A DNA stretch of 64,000 nucleotides. Origin: Octopus sinensis (taxonomy: Eukaryota). Positions 13,398 to 26,500 of this stretch are shown piece after piece. A program made the position numbers and the translations under genes. Below the pieces are notes generated by a model, which made no database searches, had not been told where the DNA came from, and was given only the letters and a program-made list of their open reading frames with translations. The stretch is from assembly GCF_006345805.1 (NCBI RefSeq), contig NC_043004.1, positions 7,254,001 through 7,318,000 of the forward strand. The letters run 5' to 3'. How positions within the stretch are numbered: the stretch's first letter is position 1; each line of letters starts with the position of its first letter.

Positions 13398-13826
13398 GGC
13401 GGCTAGCTGGCAGAAACGTTAGCATGCTTAGCGGTATTTCGTCTGTTTTTAGGTTCTGTGTTCAAATTCCGCCGCGGTCGAATTTGCCTTTCATCCTTTC
13501 GGGATCGATAAATTGAGTACCCGTCGCATACTGGGGTCGATCTAATCGACTGGCCCCCTCATCCAAAATTTCGGGCCTTGCGCCTAGAGTAGAAAAGAAT
13601 ATTTTAAAAGGAGGTGAGCTGGCAGAAACGTTAGCACGCCGGGCGAAATGTTTAGCGGTATTTCGTCTGTTTTTACGTTTTGAGTTCAAATTCCATGGAG
13701 TTCGACTTTGCCTTTCACCATTTCGGGGTCGATAAATTAAGTACCAGTTCCGAACTGGGGTCGATCTAATCGACTGGTCCCCTCCCCCAAAATTTCGGGC
13801 CTTGTGCCTAGAGCAGAAAAGAATAA
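13398..13826 (+). mobile_element. Two tandem family A SINEs (tail B)
   Basis: Two successive head-body-tail units ending gcctagagtagaaaagaat and gcctagagcagaaaagaat. Confidence 0.85.
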
Positions 13827-13944
13827 GTAAATAATCAAAATCAAATGTAGCAACTATGCATGTAAATTACATACAATAAACAAAAGTATAATTGTCAACA
13901 TTTTTAGGTATTTCCATACATGCAATAAAGGCAGCTGACTTGTA

Positions 13945-13974
<30 letters not shown>

Positions 13975-13981
<7 letters not shown>

Positions 13982-15665
13982 CGTCCACTCGTGATCGAGG
14001 AAGACCATTGCCGACCTTCAGGAACATTGTGCGCTCTAGGACTAACTTATATTTTGCATTTGCGGCTCCGTTGGTGGCTAATGAGCCCTGCTCTTGACAA
14101 GCATACACGACTGCAAACATTGCAGACCAAGCTTTCCCCATTCACTATACGAGCTGTGCGCTTTCGCGCAGCTCGCTTAAGTTCTTCATGCTGGATACGT
14201 GCTCTCTCAAAAGTCTCAATCCCCTCCTTAACCTGCTTCCTCCATCTGTGGCAATGACAGGCATTGTTCTCCCAGTCAGTGTCCTGCATATCACAGGCCT
14301 TTAACGAGGACTTGACACAGTGCTTAAATCGCAGCCTTGGTTTCTGCCGGAGTCTCCTTCCATTCACAAGTTCTCCATAGAGCATCTGCTTAGGAATCCT
14401 TCTATCCTTCATTCTAATAAGGTGTCTAGTCCAACGCAACCGGTGCTTGTGCACCATCGCCTCAATACTCAAGATATCAGCTGTCCTCAGGATCTGTGTG
14501 TCTGGAATTTTTGAGGTCCAGCCAACATTGAGAATGTGTCTGAGACATCTCTGATGAAAACGTTCAAGGACCCTTACCTGACATTTGTACAGAGTCCATT
14601 TCTTACATGAGTAGAGAAGCGACGTCAGTACACAAGCACAGTACACAGCAACTTTTGTTCTCCTTGCGATGCCATGTTGGGACCAGACACGAGACTGAAG
14701 AGACCGGAAGGAATTAGTTGCTATCTGCAACCTGAAAGATATTTCCTCATCCAGGGAGCAAGAACGGCTGAGTGTGCTGCCCAGGTAGACAAACTTGTCT
14801 ACTACCTTCAGAATTGTTACTTCAACCAAGATAGCTGGTTCTATATATGGATTTCCTGGTGCAGGCTGGAACATTACAACAGTCTTGTCCAGGCTAATGC
14901 TGAGTCCAAATGCCCTGCAAGAAGCAGAAATGCAATTCATGAGTATCTGCATGTCATCCACTGTATGAGTGACTAAGTCACAGTCATCTGCATAAAGGAG
15001 GTCACGAATAATAGACTGGGAAACCTTTGAATTTGCAGCAAATCGGCGAAGATTAAAGAGGCGGCCAGAAGATCGATGTCTGACATTTATTCCCAGAGAG
15101 CTAACCTTAGCAAAAGCATGAGTAAAAGCAGCAGCAAAGTACAAAGAAAAGAGAGTTGGGGCAAGGATGTCACCCTACTTGACACCATTCTCTACAGGAA
15201 TGGGTCCCGCCATGGCACCACCAACATTGACACAAGCCTCCATCCCATCATGAAATGATTTAATTATAGATACAAAGTGATCCGGACATCCAAGTTTGCC
15301 AAGTATTTTCCCTAGAAAGGCCCTATTTACAGTATCAAAGGCCTTAGTTAAATCAATGAATACCTGGACAAGATCCATATTCTGCTCATAGCACTTCTCC
15401 TGCATCTGTCTTGCTGTGAAAATCCATTGTCCCTCTACCAGATCGGAAGCCACATTGAGATTCAGATAGGACATCATTTACGAGACACCCATTCAGACGG
15501 GTAAGAAGAATATTTGCCAGAACCTGATAGTAGAGCAATACATCTCTAGTTACCACACATTGTTCTGGCTCCTTTTCCTTTATATAGAGGAAGAATAATT
15601 GCATCCTTCCAGTCCTTAGGGATTGCACCATCCCTCCAGGCTGCACTAATAAGTTCATGATTTGG
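13975..15665 (-). mobile_element. 5'-truncated RTE (BovB-like) LINE with frameshifts
   Basis: ESQCGFRSGRG, VFIDLTKAFDTVNR, GVK(QG), LLYADD, FVYLGS, LLYSC..WTL, RWT.HL.RM...RIPKQMLYGEL, C-terminal C2H2-like CNVC...H motif. Confidence 0.92.
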
Positions 15666-15731
15666 TGGTAATATATATATATATGCACACGTGTATATAC
15701 TTAAACATTGTTATCTATAACAATGAGTATG

Positions 15732-15763
<32 letters not shown>

Positions 15764-16649
15764 GACTGATTGACAACTTCACTGACAATTGACAACTTCA
15801 CTAGAGTGGACGAAAGCGCTATATATAAAAACAATAAAAACATGTGACATACTAATTAATAAAGAGAGAGAGCCGAACACCCTAACCGTTAGGTCACACA
15901 TCTTTATTTATAATAGCAGCATCGTATTATATTCCCACTTTGTAAAACCAAGCAGGCGAAAATTACCCACCAAAAACCGCACAAAAAAAAAACAGGAATG
16001 CAAAAACCGAAAAACGCACATCTTTCAAGCAAACACCAATTTTGATACCATCTTTCCAGCTGACACCCAAAGAGAAATAGATTTGTCTTAAAACTCAAAA
16101 GTGTTAGGGTCACACAAGGTCACAAAAAAGGTCACACAAGGCGGCAAGCTGGCAGAAACGTTAGCACGCCGGACGAAATACTTAGCGATATTTCTGAGGT
16201 GCAGCCCAAAAATCCATTACCACTGCTATACCATGTATCTGTCCTGCTGTCCTACATGCAGTGAAGAATTAAATGCGATCTAATGTGAATGTGGTCTATT
16301 CTAGTATGCCTGTAGAGAGTCACAGCAGAAGTAAGCACATTAAGAGCGGTAGGAGTGCCGCGACAGCTGCTGTTTCATTGCACTCATTACATTGTGTAAC
16401 ATTGTTTTTGTCTTTGGTCAGTAAGTGTTATTTCCTATTTGCTTCTATCTAGAAGTCAAAGGAAATGACTACTATTCTCTTCAAACTTTGCTTTTGTGAC
16501 CTGGACATCAATGTTTTGAAACTGACCTATTTTCCATTATATTTAAGACAGATCCAGTGCTAAGCTGCTGAAGCAGAAATAACAAATACATAACAAATAC
16601 ATAGCAATACATAACAAATGCACAATGATAATACAATTTGTATAATGAT

Positions 16650-17205
16650 ATTACACATATTCAAGCCGTTGTAGGTTTTTATCATCTTCAGCGAGCAGGA
16701 CAATGCCATCAGCGAATGCCAGGTGTTTTAATCTCGTCTGTTGTTTCCATTGCATTCCTCTGTCACGTATGTTCGTTGTTCTCTTTAGGACAAAGTTTAT
16801 TGCAAGTAAGAACACGATGGGTGATAGACTGCAGCTTTGCCTCACGCCAACAGTTCTCTATGCCGGTGGTACATGGAAGAGAACCGTGAAAATCGACTTC
16901 TACCAAAAAATGCGTGAGAAGGTTTATAAAAACGTATTGACAAGACTACTTAGTCAATGAAGACGTCCTTAAGTCAACACAAGACCATTTAGAGAAACCA
17001 TTACGGAACGGAGATTAAAATTTGTAAGTTACTTATACGGCTACCAGAACAATGCTTTCAAGAGAAGACAGAAAAATACATGGCACAGAGCATGCACAAT
17101 CGACATGATAGAAGCCAATATCACATGACCAGATGTAGAGAAAACTGAAGCCAACAAGAAACCCGTGGCGTCAACTTGTTGCCCAAAGTGGTTGAGAGAA
17201 CCAGG
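16650..17205. mobile_element. RTE LINE fragment with an inverted 5' segment
   Basis: Minus-strand RQ.C.LSP...LAFADGIVLL (16650-16850) abuts plus-strand PTVLYA..TWKRTVKID...W.DV..RTE tail (16850-17205). Confidence 0.7.
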
Positions 17206-17249
17206 AGGGGCTGAGATTCATTATATATATCGGAATAAAAGAAATCACA

Positions 17250-17477
17250 TTATATATATTGTTGTGGAAGGATTCCGACCTCTTCCAAATGACTAAAAGT
17301 GGACTGAATCAATGTTTTAAAATTAAGAACTGTGAGCGATTGGCAGTTCGGATCGGAAAGCAGTTCACTGTGAGCCGTAGATTGAGAGCGTTTAGTCTCG
17401 TATAATAGTGATCGTATTGCGTCGTGTAAATACTTTCTTTCCCCACTGTCTCTTTGAATTATATATCCAGCACCAGG

Positions 17478-17540
<63 letters not shown>

Positions 17541-17696
17541 CAAAATGGGACAAGAATGCAAAACATCCGGTCAACTATCCGGGGATGGTGGGTGGTGGAG
17601 GGGAGAACGAATAAGCATGAAAACGTTGAAAAGTCGTACAAAATTTAGTGAAATGTGTACTTACATATAAGAGAACAAAGCGCATGTACGCTGCTA

Positions 17697-17746
<50 letters not shown>

Positions 17747-18027
17747 AAATACAAAATGGGACAAGAACACAACACATCCGGACAACTAGGTGATACAAAA
17801 AGGGACAACAAAACATCCAGATAGACGATACAAAAAAAATCAAGGACGGGTCATTTGAAGCTTTTTATCCTCAATCAAGAACCGGATCATCCTCGCAATT
17901 TCGGCTGATTAATCTTGAGATTGCTCCAATCTGGCCAGCCCCAAGGAAAACTAAGCTAAGAGCATTAGATTCCTTGGAAAAAAAGCATCGAATGTATACG
18001 AAAACAAGGACGGAAAAACAGACGATG

Positions 18028-18030
<3 letters not shown>
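17250..18030. repeat. Cluster of three TA-delimited short interspersed repeats
   Basis: The 17745-18030 unit has relatives at 27370-27505 and 53445-53870 (shared gacgatacaaa, ctaagctaagagcattagatt). Confidence 0.6.
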
Positions 18031-18071
<41 letters not shown>

Positions 18072-18091
18072 TCTTTTTTCATTTCCTTTAC

Positions 18092-18405
18092 GTGTTTCAG
18101 TCATTTGACTAAGGCCATGCTGGACCACCACTTTTAGTCAAACAAATTGACTCTAGTACTTATCCCATCGGTCTCTTTTGCTGAGCAGTTAAGTTACGGA
18201 GACGTAAACACACCAACATCGGTTGTCAAGCGATGGTGGAGGGACAAGAACAGACACCCAAATATATATATATATATATATATCCGACGGGTTTCTTTCA
18301 GCTTCCTTCTACCAAATCCACTCACAATGCTTTGGTCGGCCCGAGACTATGATAGAAGACACCCGCCCAAGGTGCCATGCAGTAGGACTGAACCCAGAAC
18401 CACAC
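18092..18405 (-). mobile_element. SINE family B
   Basis: Reverse-complement family B body with internal (TA)n. Confidence 0.8.
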
Positions 18406-18911
18406 AACCACGCTATAATTAAACAATAAAACAAACAAAAAATACCCACCAAACCTTAAATCAATAATTTTTCCTGTGATTTTATTTTCGCTCTTATGTT
18501 TGTTTTTGGTGCAGCTTTTTCTCCCGTGAATTTTCTTTTCTGTCTTCCTTGTCTTCTTTGACTTCTTGTGTGACATTTTCCCCCATAACGTCGCCACACT
18601 TCCAGTGACTCTTTTCCTGTGACTGTCTTTTGTGAGTTTTTTTCTTGTGATTAATATTCCGTAATATTCTTTTGTAATATTTTTTGTGACTCTTTCCTGC
18701 GATTGTTTTCCCGTGACATTTTCCCCGTGAGTTTTCCTTATAACTTTGTTTTCTTTCTTGGCTTCCCTTTATTATTTTCTGGCTTCGTTTGATTGTTTCC
18801 AGAACAGGACACTTAATTCTACATCGTTTCAGTTCATCTGATAACACTGTGTAATACGATTCTTGTCCTTGCGTATTCTTGTCCTTTTTGCTTAGCTTTA
18901 AAAAGTATGAA

Positions 18912-19330
18912 AATGGCTAATATTTTCCTTCAAACTTTGCTTTTGTTACATTTATTCAAACCCTAAAGAATCCCTCTCAACATATAACTATGATGCTCCC
19001 CTACAACTTCTCATGATAAGAGATGAACTTATTGTCAGCTACAAAAGGACATGGTCAAGTAGTTAAGGTCAAGCAACTAACAAGCAACTGACAAGCAAAT
19101 CTGTGGTATTGAGCAGAATATTTGCTATAACTATATTTCTGCTTCAGCAACACAGTGCTGAATCTGTGATAGAAAATATATAAATAAATCTAATAGAAAT
19201 TATATCAGTTTTCTAAACATTGTTGTCCAGGTCACAAAAGCAAAGTTTGAAGGGAATGGTAGTCATTTTCTTTGATTTCTAGAAGCAAATAGGAAATAAC
19301 ACTAACTGATCAAAGACAGAAAAAAAAAAA
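18912..19330. mobile_element. Inverted-repeat element, related copy at about 16380-16600
   Basis: About 38-bp inverted repeats aatg(g/a)cta..att..ccttcaaactttgcttttgt..c at 18912 and 19228-19265. The interior matches the repeat at 47355-47510 in reverse orientation. Confidence 0.55.
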
Positions 19331-19488
19331 TGATAGTGCTATTTGGAAAAATTTAATGATGTTACTTCTAACAGAGTAGCACAGAATCCATCTCAGCTAT
19401 GTTCTGAATTTTTACGTTTCTGTGGTTCCTGTTAGCTTAAAATTTTTATTTTCGTGTTTTAAAGACAGTGGCTTGGTAGATAGTGTAG

Positions 19489-19582
<94 letters not shown>

Positions 19583-19586
<4 letters not shown>

Positions 19587-19788
19587 AAATTTAAATAATG
19601 AGGGTGATAAATTGAATATTGATTTAATTAACGGCAATTTAAAACCAGTAGCCTAGCATACACAAAAATCTGAAAATATTAAAATTTTTCTGAATTTTCA
19701 GGTTTTTCTGTATGCTGGGCTACTGGTTTTAAATTGATGTTAATTAAATCAATATTCAATTTATCACCCTCATTATTTAAATTTTAAA
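19583..19788. mobile_element. Hairpin MITE inserted in (TA)n
   Basis: About 95-bp inverted arms (taaataatgagggtgataaattgaatattgatttaattaac...ctgaaaat) with a short spacer. Confidence 0.8.
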
Positions 19789-20169
19789 TTTATATATATA
19801 TATATATTATATATATATATATATATATACACATATATATGTATGTAAAAACAATACTAGTAATGTACTAATTCATTTGAAACACGAATCCACGAATTTA
19901 AAAGATAATTTGTTCTTGTATCTAAAGAAATAATTATTTTTGTTTTTGATTGATATTCGTCCACTTTTAAGTGTGTTGCAAAACGGTGAAAGTGACTGGA
20001 ACGGTAAAAAGTCTGCCTAGAATGAGTTCGTGTAATTAGTTCCGTCCCTCCAGCTAAGCCGTTCAAATCTTACATAAGACGATTTTGTATCGTGCAATAA
20101 ATATGTTTCAGATAATTACAAAAAGCCAGTAATTTTTGAAGGAAGAGATTAGTTGATTATACCAACGCT

Positions 20170-20318
20170 TGTCGTTGACTAGTACTTATTTTATCGACCA
20201 CGAAATGATGAAAGGCAAAGTCGACATCGGTGGTATTTGAACCCAGTGCATAAAGAGTCGGAAGAAACGTCGCTGAGCATTTTGCCATACGAGCTAAACG
20301 ATTCTGTCAGCTCGTTCC
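20170..20318 (-). mobile_element. SINE family A, degenerate
   Basis: Reverse complement of the gtcgactttgcctttcatc body. Confidence 0.7.
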
Positions 20319-20523
20319 CCTTGTCTTGTGACAAATAACAGTAATCGAAATAAGATGAAATTTAATCGATGATGTTCCTTCTCCACAAAGTCTGGTTTTG
20401 TAACCAATCGAAATAAATTAACTACATATGGTGTGTGTGTGCTTACGTGCGTGAGTGTTTATATGTGCACATAAGATTTTACAACTTCCCTCTTTAAAAC
20501 ATTTTCTGCTGGTGTAATAAATT

Positions 20524-21555
20524 ATAACTTTCCGTGTAAGGCGGCTAACAGCTAAATATGGCATAATGACCTCATAACAATATCAAGAGAGAAATTTATG
20601 ACATTGAAAGAAAATTATATTTCGGGAGAAAAAGTGTGAAATAGCTAAGTGAGATGAGCGTTGTAGTGCTTGTACGTTAAGAGTTAAGCTCTGAAAATCA
20701 GCCTGCAGTCTCCATTGCTCTTTGCTGCATCGATGCTGTGGCCCATTTAGGAAAGGTATGGATGTCCTCACTTGTTTTGTAATTTCCCTTTTTAAAATAT
20801 TTTCTGTAGGTGTAATGAATTATAATTTTCCGTGCAAGGCAGTTAACAGCTGAAGATGACATAATGATGACCTCGTAACAATCCCAAGGAAGAAATTTAT
20901 GATATTGAAATAACATTATAAATTATAATAAATTATAACTTTCCGTGTAAGGCGGCTAACAGCTAAATATGGCATAATGACCTCATGACAATATCAAGAG
21001 AGAAATTTATGACATTGAAAGAAAATTATATTACGGGAGAAAAAGTGTGAAATAGCTAAGTGAGATGAGCGTTGTAGTGCTTGTACGTTAAGAGTTAAGC
21101 TCTGAAAATCAGCCTGCAGTCTACATTGCTCTTTGCTGCAGTGATGCTGTGGCCCATTTAGGAAAGGTATGAATATCCTCACTTGTTTTGTAATTTCCCT
21201 TTTTAAAATATTTTCTGTAGGTGTAATGAATTATAATTTTCCGTGCAAGGCAGTTAACAGCTGAAGATGACATAATGACCTCGTAACAATCCCAAGGAAG
21301 AAATTTATGATATTGAAATAACATTATAAATTATAATAAACTATAACTTTCCGTGTAAGGTGGCTAACAGCTAAATATGGCATAATGACCTCATGACAAT
21401 ATCAAGGGAGAAATTTATGACATTGAAAAAAAATTATATTACGGGAGAAAAAGTGTGAAATAGCTAAGTGTGGGAAACGTTGTAGTGCTTATACGTTGAT
21501 GAAGAGTTAAGCTGTGTAAACCAACCTGCAGTCTCCATTTCTCTTTGCTGCTGAT
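20524..21555. repeat. Tandem repeat, about 410-bp unit, 2.5 copies
   Basis: ataactttccgtgtaagg at 20524, 20935 and 21343. Confidence 0.92.
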
Positions 21556-22499
21556 AATTTTTCCAGTTTATTTAGATCAAACATGTTTTAAGAACGGTAT
21601 GACGTGCGCAAAGATAGGGCTTCTGCAATTAATTATCTAGATGTTTTAATTTCAATCTAATAAAAAAACAAAAACGAAGAAAATCCTTAAAAAGAAGTGA
21701 ATTATATATCTTATTTGTATCTGCCAAAGAAAAATCTCAGTTATTTTATTAAAATTTAAAATTTTCAAAGCGAAGAAAGAAAAAAACACAGAATAACAAA
21801 CCCAACTCACATTATTTAATTTATTTTTTCTCTTGAAATGGTTAATATTCATTAGTCGTTCAACAAACAGGATGCTGGAGGCATTAAGATATATTCTGTA
21901 TCTCAATAATTTGTCCTGCTTTAAAAGTCACCCGGAAATCTGTTCCCAAAAAGTAGCTTCCCCGAAACATGTGACATCCAATTTGATACAAAACAGAACG
22001 AGCTTTCTCCAATGGAATCTCGACGAAGTTTCCTGTTTTACACTGATTTCATTGTACTAGTTTATCTTTTAAGGAAGTAGACCTTTTTTCTGTCTCACTA
22101 AGTTGAGAAAAAGCCAAAAAATAAAAGCAGACAATTAACTCATTTTATTTGTGGTGAGAATGATTCTGGACTATTTGTTTGGCACAAGATATGAAGACTG
22201 TTTTCGTAATTTATACCTCTCGCTAAGACGTTTATGCATACACACATATATACGATACATGCATACATATACATACATACATGCACACACACACACACAG
22301 ACATATGCAGGAATACTCACACAGATACATACATATATGTATTTATGTATATGTATGCATGTATGCATGCATATATGCCTGCATATATGTATATATATAT
22401 GTTGTGTGTTTGTGTGGGTGTGCGCGTGTGTATGTAATGAATAATTAAGTGAGCATTGGTGCCTAAAATCACGAGAAAAAGCATTCAATACGGGAAGTG

Positions 22500-22810
22500 G
22501 TTTGATAAAATTTCAATCGAAAAATCGAGTAAAGCTGTTTGACATAGACACCGGTGCTTTTGATGGGGTGGCGGTGTAGGAAATCATTGGTCTATATGCT
22601 TTGAATTTATCGCATAAAAAGCTTTCGGATGCTGGATGGAAGGCTCTGTCGGAATAATGGATTTTCTATCGTACGAAATGTGAATGGCCATAATGTAGGC
22701 AGATTTAGAAACGGCATTATGACAATGTCCAATGAATTAGAATTAAATATTTAATTCGCGACCAGCTTATGAGAAAGTCAGCTTGTGGGACATAACGTTA
22801 GACCTGGAGG
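22500..22810 (+). pseudogene. Penelope-like element RT fragment
   Basis: Degraded LFD..TGAFDG.....IGLY.L...and downstream motifs resembling PLE RT (consensus LFDVTMG.FDGAE.CELVGLY). Confidence 0.55.
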
Positions 22811-22900
22811 CAAACAAATTTTCCATTATAATATATTTCATAAAAAGTTATTTTGTCTCAGTAAGGGTTCTAATCATTCACCAAATGTTCTTCGTAATTA

Positions 22901-23468
22901 ATTGGGTTGTCCGGAAAGTTCGTGCCGATTTTTAAAGGAAAGAAAAAAGTTCAATACATATTTGCCATTTCATTTTTAATTAACCAAATATGAACCATTT
23001 TGTTGCATAATGCGTCTCCATCTTTCCTTTAACTTGAAAATACCCCCTCCTAGAATTGAGGGGGTTTCATGGCAAAGAATTCATCAAGTATCTTTTTACG
23101 TCATCCAAGGAATTGACATTTTTACCATTAAGACTATTCTGCAGAGACCTGAATAAGTGAAAATCCGAAGGAGTAATATCTGATGAATATGGAGGGTGGG
23201 GTAGCACATCCCAGCCGAGCTGCAGCAATTTTTGTCTGGTTCCCAAAGCATCAAGTGCCGAAAATAAATTTTTTTATCTTCCATTTTAAAGGGTTACGGA
23301 ATTAACATAGGTTATAGGAACATAAACCTTCTTCCACGAAAAGATAGCTTAAACTGTGCTCTAAATAGAGGTGTAGTCAAATCCTATTTTATGGACTCAA
23401 CCATGTTCTAAAATAAGCCGAAAGGCAAGCTACTATAAATCGGCACGAACTTTCCGGACAACCCAATA
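22901..23468 (-). mobile_element. Internally deleted mariner transposon
   Basis: 31-bp TIRs attgggttgtccggaaagttcgtgccgattt and its reverse complement. The interior encodes WDVLPHPPYSSDITPSDFHLFRSLQN...KERWRRI, a mariner transposase C-terminus. Confidence 0.9.
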
Positions 23469-23589
23469 GTTTCCGTCGTTAGTTGGCATACATCATCACT
23501 ATACTCAGATGCAAATACTTTTGAAAAAGTTTATTATTTCTCTAACGAAGTATTTAGTCTTAGCTGATTCTTAGAGAGAATAAAGTATA

Positions 23590-26500
23590 TACCTAGACTT
23601 CTTGCTCCTAAATGTAGAAGCAGAAATAGAAACATCCTGTACCGCGGTGCTTTTTCGAAAGAGTCTAAAGGTAAAAGTAAGAGCAATATTCCTAGACCCG
23701 GAGGGTAGGCTGGTTGTCTTGGACGTGGATGGCAGAAATGGGTGTGCATTCCGTCTGATGGCAGTTTATGCACCGTCCTTAACGGGTCGGGCGGATTTCT
23801 TCAGACGTCTAGAGGTTTTCCTGGGTACGTCTAGACCTTTACTGTTAGTAGGGGATTGGAACGCTACCTTGGACACGCATCTAGATTATGTGGGAAGGGA
23901 TAGGAATAGAAGGGGGTGTAAGAGCCTCAAAGACCTGCTCAGACGTTTCCATTTATCTGACAGGTTCCGACTCGACCATTCGAACGTGCCAACGTGGACT
24001 TGGACAAACCGCGTCGGATCGTCGAGATCTTATCTAGATAGAATTCTATGCAGGACAGCGGATAGGGATAGTGTAGGATGTCCACAATTTAAAATAGTCA
24101 GCTACACAGATCACAAATTTGTTACGTGTACGCTCGACTTAGATAAAACACATAGGCAGGGTCCCGGTTACTGGAAACTGAACACGTCGCTGTTAGCGCG
24201 ACAGGTTTACAGGAACCGGATTAGCGAGTTAATTAAGAGGGCGCTGACGGGAGCCGTCGTTAACCGCTGGTGGTACGCCCTGAAAACGGCAATAAAATCG
24301 AAATCACTTAGGTTTAGCAAGGAATTAGCGATAGAACGAAATAGAGTAGAGGGAGACTTGGTTAAGAAACTAGAAGAGGCACTTACCACTGGCAGCGCAA
24401 CCAACGTGCTGGCTGCGAGGATGGCCCCCGACCAACACCTCAACGCCAAGCACGAAGGTTGCGTCGTCAGAGCTAAAATGCGTGCCTTAAGGAACGAAGG
24501 GATCGAAGCTGCGCGAGAGGCCGGGTAGCGGAGGCGCAGCGTGGCAACAGAGCCACCATTCGGTCTCTAATAGATCAACAGGGATGCAGTTTACTCGAAC
24601 CCGAAAGGATGTGTGAGGCCTTTCAACAGCACTTTGCTCGACTATTTGGTGCGAGTGGTGGGTCGGAACGCGGGATGGATTTCAGTGCCTACCTGACCGA
24701 CCTGCCGCGGCTCTCGGCAAGAGAACCGGAGTGTTGTGAAAGTCCCATCACAGCCGCTGACGTGTGGAATGCGATGGCGGGCTGCGTGAGGGATAAGTCG
24801 CCTGGATTGGATGGTTTACCCTACGAGCTGTATTGTCAAATGCCAGACTTGTTTGGCGACCTCTTGGCATCAGTCTACTGCAACTGGCAACAAAACGGGA
24901 GAATCCCCGGTTTCGTGAGCCGAGGTGCAGTGACGTTGCTGAAGAAAGACACAAACAAGGGGAATTTTATAGATAATTCAGGCCCATCACTCTGCTCAAC
25001 GCAGATTTGAAAATTTTGGCCAAAGTAATAGCCGAGAGGTTGGCGCTTGTCATTGGTAAACTGGTCGACAGGGCGCAAACATGCGCCGTGCCGGGCAGAA
25101 CCATACATGGACAACCTCCATCTGATGCGCTACATTGTGGACAGGGTAGTTAAGGATCCTGGCATGGGTGGGGCGCTGATAAATTTGGATCAGTCTAAAG
25201 CCTTCGATAGGGTCGACCATCGGTACTTGGCGGCCGTCCTCAGGGCGGCTGGCTTCGGTCCCGTCTTCCGCGGTTGGATCGCTGCCTTGTATAGCGGCAT
25301 CCGATCGGTGATTCGGGTGAACGGTCACCTGTCGAAACCGTTTGACATCACGCGTTCGGTCCGTCAGGGGTGTCCCCTGTCGGCGCTTCTGTATGTATTG
25401 ACTCTCGAGCCGCTACTGCGGAAGCTGGCGACACTGAGGGGCATCCCACGGGAACTGGGTTGCGGGACGAGCGTGTCGGCATATGCGGACGATGTCACCG
25501 TCATAGTGTCGAGCGACAAACACATCCAGATGATAGGCGAGACACTAAGAAAATACGAAACGGTGACGGGAGCAAAGATTAACCCGGAAAAGTCAGTAAG
25601 TTTGCTACTCGGCACCTGGAGAAGCAAGCCCATGCCGTCCGACTGCAGCTCAGTAGTGGGACGCTGGACGGACGGACCGGTTAAATTGCTCGGGGTCTGG
25701 TTCAGTCCGGACTTCCAAATGGATAAGAACTGGGACGAGATCACGAGTAGAGTGGTCGCTCTCAGCCAAACATGGGCCGAGAGAAAGCTGTCTCTAAAAG
25801 GCCGGGCGGAGGTGGCGAACGCGTACATCGCATCCGTCATCGATTACCGCCTGACCGTCGTACCTTGTCCCGACGCCACCATCACCAAACTGGAACGCAT
25901 ACTCTTCCGCTTCCTGTGGAAGGGTGGCGTTCCGATGGTGAGGAAGTCCATTTGCTGTCAACATCCGTTGAATGGAGGACTGGGCATGCCGTGGTTGATG
26001 ATGCGCAGGCATGCGCTGAGACTGCGACATCTCTGGAACTTCATCGACGACGGTAAACAGGTGTGGGCGCCGTTTGTGAGGCGCGACTTCCCGCAGCTCG
26101 TCTCACTGACCGAACTGCAAACGTGGATCAAAAAGAGACCGAAACTGGGCGATTGGCACCGAGAGTGTCGCCAAGCTCTACAGCAGCTTTGCCAACCGGG
26201 GTCAAACTTGTGCAACTTACAAACGACTAAAGCGTTCTATAGAGGACATGGGGAGGTCCGACGACACACTCGGAGCAAAACTGGGCGTCGACGAGGAATT
26301 CCTAACCCGCCTGTTCAGGACGACGTTCGGGCCGGGGTCTATGAATAACTTCCAGAAATCCCTGGCTTGGCAGTGCTATCGAGACGCACTACCTGTTCGA
26401 GAGAAGAGCTCCAGACACGGTTCGAAAACCATCACCGGACCGACCTGCCCGAGATGCGGTCAGAGCGACGAAACCGTTCTGCACGCACTCGTGCAGTGTC

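Noticed and set aside
18494-18847. 117-aa Lys-rich ORF
   Set aside because: It comes from a degenerate repeat of about 15 bp (ttttcctgtgac-like) with biased composition.
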